From: Promethearchaeota archaeon
GTDB lineage: Archaea > Asgardarchaeota > Heimdallarchaeia > Hodarchaeales > Hodarchaeaceae
Assembly: GCA_048938105.1 (NCBI GenBank)
Contig: JBHLMN010000025.1
Location: forward strand, 1 to 64,000
Direction of reading: 5' to 3'
DNA: 64,000 nt
The number at the start of each line of letters is the position of its first letter. Positions within the stretch are counted from its first letter, which is position 1. Positions 59,257 to 64,000 of this stretch are shown in pieces. The notes under the pieces are model-generated. The model did no database searches, was not told where the DNA came from, and worked only from the letters and a program-made list of their open reading frames with translations. The position numbers and the translations under genes are program-made.

Positions 59257-60104
59257 ATATCATTCAAAGGATTCTCTAGATCTTCAATACCATACTCTAA
59301 TACAGTTTTTCTATTAATCATCGCCTTATAAATCTCCAAATTGTAAGGAATCTCAGTTAGAATGGGAATTTTTCTTTTTTTACAAAAATTAATGATATTG
59401 CTTCGCTGTTCCTCATTTATAGACGCCTTATTGATGATGATTGCTGGAGATAACTTAAAAAATTGTACAAGTTCTAGAGTTCTTTTCATGTCATGAATTG
59501 CGGTAGATGTGGGTTCAACTACAATGATGACTAGTTTTGCATTAGTTAAAGCAGCAATTACTGGACAACCAATCCCTGGGCTACCATCAACAATAACAAT
59601 GTCTTTGTTAAGTTGGTTAGCTTTGAAATGACTTTTTTGAATGACTTCACTGACTAATTTTCCAGAATTTTCAGCCCCAATATCTAAACGAGCATGTACC
59701 ATTGGTCCAAATCGTGTGTTAGCTTCATAGACCTTTCCAGATGGCTGAATTTCCATCTTTATTGCATTTGTAGGACAAATCCAAGCACAAGCACCACAAC
59801 CTTCGCAACTCATGGGTTTAATGTCAAAATCAGCGGTTATTGCTCCAAAACGACACACCTCTAGGCATTTTCCACAATTAGAGCATTTTTCAAGATCCTT
59901 AATTGCTAATTTCCCACTCATAAATCGTTCTTCTGAGGTATTGGTTGGATTCATAAGTAAGTGTAAATTCGGCGCATCAACATCACAATCTGCCAGAAGA
60001 GATCTAGGAGCTGACAATTGAGCAAGTACTGCAGTGATTGTAGTTTTGCCAGTTCCTCCTTTGCCTGAAAGAACAGTTATTTGACTTTTAATATTTTCTG
60101 TCAT
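59223..60104 (-). CDS. MinD-like P-loop ATPase with inserted ferredoxin
   Basis: SGKGGTGKT, DCDVDAPN, two 4Fe-4S motifs, SGKLV, DG.PGIGCP, EPT. Confidence 0.9.
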   Translation of the reverse strand: MTENIKSQITVLSGKGGTGKTTITAVLAQLSAPRSLLADCDVDAPNLHLLMNPTNTSEERFMSGKLAIKDLEKCSNCGKCLEVCRFGAITADFDIKPMSCEGCGACAWICPTNAIKMEIQPSGKVYEANTRFGPMVHARLDIGAENSGKLVSEVIQKSHFKANQLNKDIVIVDGSPGIGCPVIAALTNAKLVIIVVEPTSTAIHDMKRTLELVQFFKLSPAIIINKASINEEQRSNIINFCKKRKIPILTEIPYNLEIYKAMINRKTVLEYGIEDLENPLNDMWLEIQELLQL

Positions 60105-60955
60105 TTCATGACCTCCTCAATTCGAGTCCACAGATTTGAAAACATTGGATCAAATTTAATTGTTGTCCCGATAAGAGGATGCCCATTTGAGTAAAGCCAA
60201 AGAATCTCTTTATCATGGGGGATGTTTAATAACAACTCATAACCTTCGTTTTTAACCAGAAGATCAATGCGATTATCACCCACATCAGAGCGATTATTTA
60301 CAATTCCGAAAGGGATTCCAAGCTGTTTTACTAGATCAATAGCAATAAGGAGGTCATGTTCACCAGCAGGAGTTGGTTCTGTTACCAAAATTGTAAAATC
60401 AGTTTCAGATAACGCTTCAATAACAGGACAAGCAGACCCAGGCGGTAAATCCAAGATGATAAATTCATGATTTTCTTCAAATGCTATCTTCTTAAGTTCA
60501 TGTATGATTGGGGTAGCAAGAGCCTCCCCAACCCTCATTATTCCTTCATAAAATGTTAAGTTGTTATTTCCTTTTCTCGATTTTCGAATAAGTCCCAATC
60601 GATGAGATTTCTCTTTTATAGCTTTCTCGGGGCAAGCCATAGAACATAATCCACAGCCATGGCATAATTCCTCGAATACCATGACTTGTGTAGGTAAAAC
60701 TGCTAAAGCATTGAATTCACATAATTCACCGCAAAGACCACAATGTGTACAGATTGATTCGTCAATTAATGGCCTTGATATATTGACATCTTTAAAATTA
60801 GTTAACTCAAAATGAAGAAAATGATTATCATTTGGTTCTTCAACATCAAGGTCAAATAAAGCTACTTTATGCGATTTTGTTAGATAGAGTGCTAAGTTAA
60901 CTGCAATTGTGGTTTTGCCAGTCCCACCTTTACCACTAGCCACACTAATAATCGT
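60101..60955 (-). CDS. MinD-like P-loop ATPase with inserted ferredoxin
   Basis: (M)IISVASGKGGTGKT, DLDVEEPN, two Fe-S motifs, D.PPG..CP; best-placed start is ACG at 60955. Confidence 0.9.
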   Translation of the reverse strand, partial: TIISVASGKGGTGKTTIAVNLALYLTKSHKVALFDLDVEEPNDNHFLHFELTNFKDVNISRPLIDESICTHCGLCGELCEFNALAVLPTQVMVFEELCHGCGLCSMACPEKAIKEKSHRLGLIRKSRKGNNNLTFYEGIMRVGEALATPIIHELKKIAFEENHEFIILDLPPGSACPVIEALSETDFTILVTEPTPAGEHDLLIAIDLVKQLGIPFGIVNNRSDVGDNRIDLLVKNEGYELLLNIPHDKEILWLYSNGHPLIGTTIKFDPMFSNLWTRIEEVMK

Positions 60956-60967
60956 ATAGTGTGCCTC

Positions 60968-61366
60968 CTAATGGTGATGTCCATGATGTTCCCCATGTGC
61001 TTCCCCACGATATTTATGCTGTTGACAGGCATCTTTATCTGTGGCCATTTGCAATCTTTTTTGGTTATACTGTTCAATTGCGTCCTTAACTGTCCCTTGC
61101 GCACCTATATACACTTCAACTCCGAATTGTTCAAATAATTGTATCGCTCGTCGACCGACTCCGCCACATAGCATAATATCAACGTTATGATCACGTAAAA
61201 GTTCTGCAGGTAATTTTGTTCCACCCATGTGGGAGGAAGTATTCTCTATAATTTCAACCTCTTTTGTTTCATCATTATAAATAGTATATGATGGTACTCG
61301 ACCAAAATGATAACCTATTTGAGCCTGAAGTCCATCCTTTGTTTCAGAAGGAATACCTAATCGCAT
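60968..61366 (-). CDS. NifB/NifX-family cofactor-binding protein with His-rich tail
   Basis: HFGR, GG.G.RA, C..H...HGEHHGHHH. Confidence 0.88.
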   Translation of the reverse strand: MRLGIPSETKDGLQAQIGYHFGRVPSYTIYNDETKEVEIIENTSSHMGGTKLPAELLRDHNVDIMLCGGVGRRAIQLFEQFGVEVYIGAQGTVKDAIEQYNQKRLQMATDKDACQQHKYRGEAHGEHHGHHH

Positions 61367-61404
61367 TACATTTTACCTCTAAAGTAATTAATATCAAATT
61401 TACC

Positions 61405-61830
61405 TTAACCTTGACCACGACCCATACCGCGTCCTCCACCGCGGCCCATACCTCTTCCCCTGCCACGACCCATACCAGGTCCAAAATTTGCAACCCCAGT
61501 CATCTCAACTAATTTTCCTGCAATATAAGCTTCAATATTTTGCTGAACAGTACCATTTATTCCTGTGAATATTTTTATACCAGCCCCCTGCAGTACATTC
61601 CAAGCGTTTGGGCCCATTCTTGGAGCTATAATTACCTCTACTTGTTGATTAATCAGTGATTGAGCGGCCTGAATTCCTGCGCCTCCTGCAGCATTTCGGG
61701 CTTCATTTGGGTAAGTAGTTATAATTTTCTGTTCAGATGAATCTACTACTACAAAATGTGAGCAACGTCCAAAGACTGTTGCAAATGCTTGAGAAAGATC
61801 ATTTCCATTTGAAGGTATACCGATTTTCAT
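61405..61830 (-). CDS. NifB/NifX-family protein with GR-rich tail
   Basis: FGRC, N......GAGI.AAQ, GPNA, GMGRGRGRG repeats. Confidence 0.88.
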   Translation of the reverse strand: MKIGIPSNGNDLSQAFATVFGRCSHFVVVDSSEQKIITTYPNEARNAAGGAGIQAAQSLINQQVEVIIAPRMGPNAWNVLQGAGIKIFTGINGTVQQNIEAYIAGKLVEMTGVANFGPGMGRGRGRGMGRGGGRGMGRGQG

Positions 61831-61835
61831 TCAAT

Positions 61836-62294
61836 TCACTTCTTTGTATTCATTTTGTTTTGTTGAATTGGTTGTTTGTCATTGGAATGACCATGAAGAT
61901 GAAATTCGGTTGATCCACACTTTTCACATTGCCTTACTGTGCTTAAATCCTCAGGAAATGACCAAGTGTGGCCGCATTGATCACAATGAAAAAAATCTGC
62001 AGGATTAGCAATTCGAATTGCATACCCCAATATTAAAGCCTTAGCAATCTTATGATGGGCCTCTTCTAAATGCCTTGAAATAGTTGATTGCGATACACTC
62101 ATTCTTTTTCCTGCTTCGTTCTGGGATAAACCTTCCAAATCAGTCAAACGAATTGCTTCTAACTCTTCCAAAGTCACGGCCACTTCACCTTTGATTTCTA
62201 ACAATGGGATTCCACGTGGTTTAAAGTAAGTATGTGTAGGATCACAACGAATTGTTCTCGGATTTCTGCTTCGTGGTATTGTTTGCCACTCCAA
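61836..62294 (-). CDS. DUF134-family DNA-binding protein with C-terminal zinc ribbon
   Basis: PR.R..R, FKP.G, E.EAIRL.D..GL.Q..A...M.VSQ.T, CxxC...CxxC; best-placed start is ATA at 62279. Confidence 0.88.
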   Translation of the reverse strand: MEWQTIPRSRNPRTIRCDPTHTYFKPRGIPLLEIKGEVAVTLEELEAIRLTDLEGLSQNEAGKRMSVSQSTISRHLEEAHHKIAKALILGYAIRIANPADFFHCDQCGHTWSFPEDLSTVRQCEKCGSTEFHLHGHSNDKQPIQQNKMNTKK

Positions 62295-62320
62295 AAAACT
62301 AATTCTATCTGTTTTTAAAA

Positions 62321-62363
62321 TTATGAATATTTATTCATAAAGTTTTTGCATAATTATTCATAA
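62321..62363. promoter_or_regulatory. Tandem 20-bp operators TTATGAATATTTATTCATAA and TTTTGCATAATTATTCATAA
   Basis: Share the TTwTG-N10-CAwAA geometry of 56129-56148; upstream of DUF134. Confidence 0.65.
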
Positions 62364-62444
62364 TACATAAATTTATTTAAATTTTCTAGGAATACCTCCA
62401 TTCGCTCTCTCTAATTTCATTGAGATAAATAAGATAAAGTGATA

Positions 62445-62939
62445 ATGATGGGTTTTAAAGAAACGTATGAAGCAGTCAAAGCAGACCCTTCCAAGGGTGA
62501 AAAAAACTTTAACGTCGTTGTAGAATCTCAACCTGATGGAAGTTTCCTAGCGAACATGGGAGAAGATTTTCGATTTACTTTTGACGCTCCTCCTGGACTT
62601 GGAGGAAAAGACCTCGGCCCCTCACCACTCTTAGGTATTCTTGCCACGGTTGGGGCTTGCATTGGTGCAGTAATCAAATTTTGGAGCCAAATCTTGGACG
62701 TTCCTATTGATCATGTTAAAATTTTCTCACGAGGCCATATAAATTTAGCTGGCATATTTGGTACAGACAATGCAAACTATAAGGGAATGTATGATAAAGT
62801 TGAACCCACAGTGGAAATCAAAACTTCAGCACCAAAAGAGAAAGTCGATGAGCTCTTGGATCAAGTATGGAAACATTGCCCTATTGTCAATAATTTTAAT
62901 AACGAATCTGGATTACAATGGAAAATAAGAATAAAATAA
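62445..62939 (+). CDS. OsmC/Ohr-family protein
   Basis: D.P..LGG.D.GPSP, GAC, CP. Confidence 0.88.
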   Translation: MMGFKETYEAVKADPSKGEKNFNVVVESQPDGSFLANMGEDFRFTFDAPPGLGGKDLGPSPLLGILATVGACIGAVIKFWSQILDVPIDHVKIFSRGHINLAGIFGTDNANYKGMYDKVEPTVEIKTSAPKEKVDELLDQVWKHCPIVNNFNNESGLQWKIRIK

Positions 62940-63057
62940 CTCAATTTTCACTCCAGTTTCTCCCTTTTTTTCTATTAATTTTTAAGACACCTTTCTATGC
63001 TTAAACTGTACTATAACTATCATCAAGCACACTTGAAGACACCACGAGGAAAATAAG

Positions 63058-64000
63058 ATGAAAATAATTGTTATAGGGGGAAATCCTGCAGGATTGAGTG
63101 CCGCTAGTGCTATTCGTAGGAATCATGCAGATTGGAGAATTGATGTTTATGAAAAGGATCAATATATTTCCTATGGTTCATGTGGTATTCCTTATTATGT
63201 TGCAGATGAAGTTAAAAGCTTAGATAATTTAATAACTCTGACAAGAGAAAAGATAGAACAGAAACGAAATATTCCAGTTCATCTATTTCATGAAGTTGTC
63301 AATGTTGATTTCGAAAAAAAAATGGTTCAGGTAAGAGATATTAAGAACAATAAGGAATTTGAGAAAGAATACGATTATCTAATCATTGCTACGGGGGGTA
63401 AAGCTAAAGATATTCCAAATATGGAAATGGATCATCCGCATATTTTTAAAATCCATACGTTAGGTCATGCAAAGAGACTAAAGACATTTCTGAAAGAAAA
63501 CAAGGTGAATTCAGTAATAATTATTGGTGCAGGTTATATTGGATTAGAAATGCTCGAATCTTATGAAGCACAAGGAGTCACTGAGGTCACCATCATTGGT
63601 CCTCGGCTAGTATTCAATTCACAAAGCCAAAACTATATTAAAGAAGAACTGGAAAAACATGGTGTAAAAGTAATTCTCCAGAAGCGCGTTAAAGCTATTG
63701 AACCTTTATCGAATAAGCAATTGAAAGTTATCCTAAAAAGTGGCCAAGAATTAATAGCTGATATCGTACAAGTCTCCATTGGAGTAGAACCCGCGACAGA
63801 TATCTTTAGAGGGACGGATTTATCCATGTTACCCAATGGGGCAATCATTACAGACGAATATATGCGAACAAACATTGAAAATGTATACGCTGCAGGAGAC
63901 TGTGTTGCTTCTTATCATCAAATTTTAAAAGAAAATGTCTATATTCCATTGGCTCCCGCTGCTAACAAACAAGGTAGAATTGCAGGAGTACATATTTCAG
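63058..64000 (+). CDS. CoA-disulfide reductase/NADH oxidase-family flavoprotein, 3'-truncated (absent from the ORF track)
   Basis: MKIIVIGGNPAG, SYGSCGIPY, ATGG, GAGYIGLE, YAAGDC, PLA..ANKQGR; frame open to the window end. Confidence 0.9.
   Translation, partial: MKIIVIGGNPAGLSAASAIRRNHADWRIDVYEKDQYISYGSCGIPYYVADEVKSLDNLITLTREKIEQKRNIPVHLFHEVVNVDFEKKMVQVRDIKNNKEFEKEYDYLIIATGGKAKDIPNMEMDHPHIFKIHTLGHAKRLKTFLKENKVNSVIIIGAGYIGLEMLESYEAQGVTEVTIIGPRLVFNSQSQNYIKEELEKHGVKVILQKRVKAIEPLSNKQLKVILKSGQELIADIVQVSIGVEPATDIFRGTDLSMLPNGAIITDEYMRTNIENVYAAGDCVASYHQILKENVYIPLAPAANKQGRIAGVHIS

Noticed and set aside
232-63875. Short antisense or overlapping ORFs in the supplied track (e.g. 4285-4572, 36878-37195, 51383-51823, 57273-57605, 63633-63875)
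   Set aside because: They are shadows of well-supported genes and lack motifs.
1-64000. CRISPR arrays, tRNA/rRNA genes, transposases, selenoprotein TGA read-through
   Set aside because: I saw no regularly spaced repeats, cloverleaf or rRNA signatures, DDE/HUH ORFs, or redox ORFs broken by TGA at a Cys position; a tRNAscan/Infernal run would be needed to fully exclude small RNAs.

Overview
AT-rich archaeal chromosomal segment, probably from an Asgard archaeon of the Heimdallarchaeia/Hodarchaeales type. This is an inference from GGTGA/GGAGG ribosome-binding sites, PGF-type C-terminal sorting tails, a longin-like protein, a CXXXY-type CcmE and TrmB/Lrp regulators. It is a dense bioenergetic/redox region. 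(1) A type IIIA H+ P-type ATPase is followed by two stand-alone NuoL paralogues whose lateral amphipathic helices differ by exactly one 26-aa repeat (78 vs 104 aa). (2) An oxygen/peroxide defence cluster: NAD(P)H:rubredoxin reductase, FTR, glutaredoxin, an unannotated rubredoxin, FprA and a peroxiredoxin. (3) A cytochrome b plus DOMON-like pair, cysteine synthase and two SufR-like regulators. (4) Two parallel cassettes [9-motif surface multiheme cytochrome c - membrane-anchored (alpha/alpha)6-barrel protein - ccmF - ccmE]. Both cytochromes carry a conserved CLHCM motif at the position of the NrfA catalytic CXXCK heme, and cassette 2 continues with ccmCDAB. (5) Heme O synthase co-transcribed with a divergent heme-copper-oxidase-like membrane protein; a shared ~130-bp upstream element (operator plus hairpin) links it to cassette 2 in a putative HxlR regulon. 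(6) The conserved DUF134/NifX/MinD-ferredoxin/CDF/Mrp/DUF364/DUF5320/CGGC metal-cofactor operon with 20-bp palindromic operators. Also present: a ccmE pseudogene, an MFS remnant, a MITE-like inverted-repeat element, and several genes whose best-placed start codon is ATA, ACG or ATT. No rRNA, tRNA, CRISPR array or transposase was seen. All family assignments come from motif recognition by eye, not database searches.
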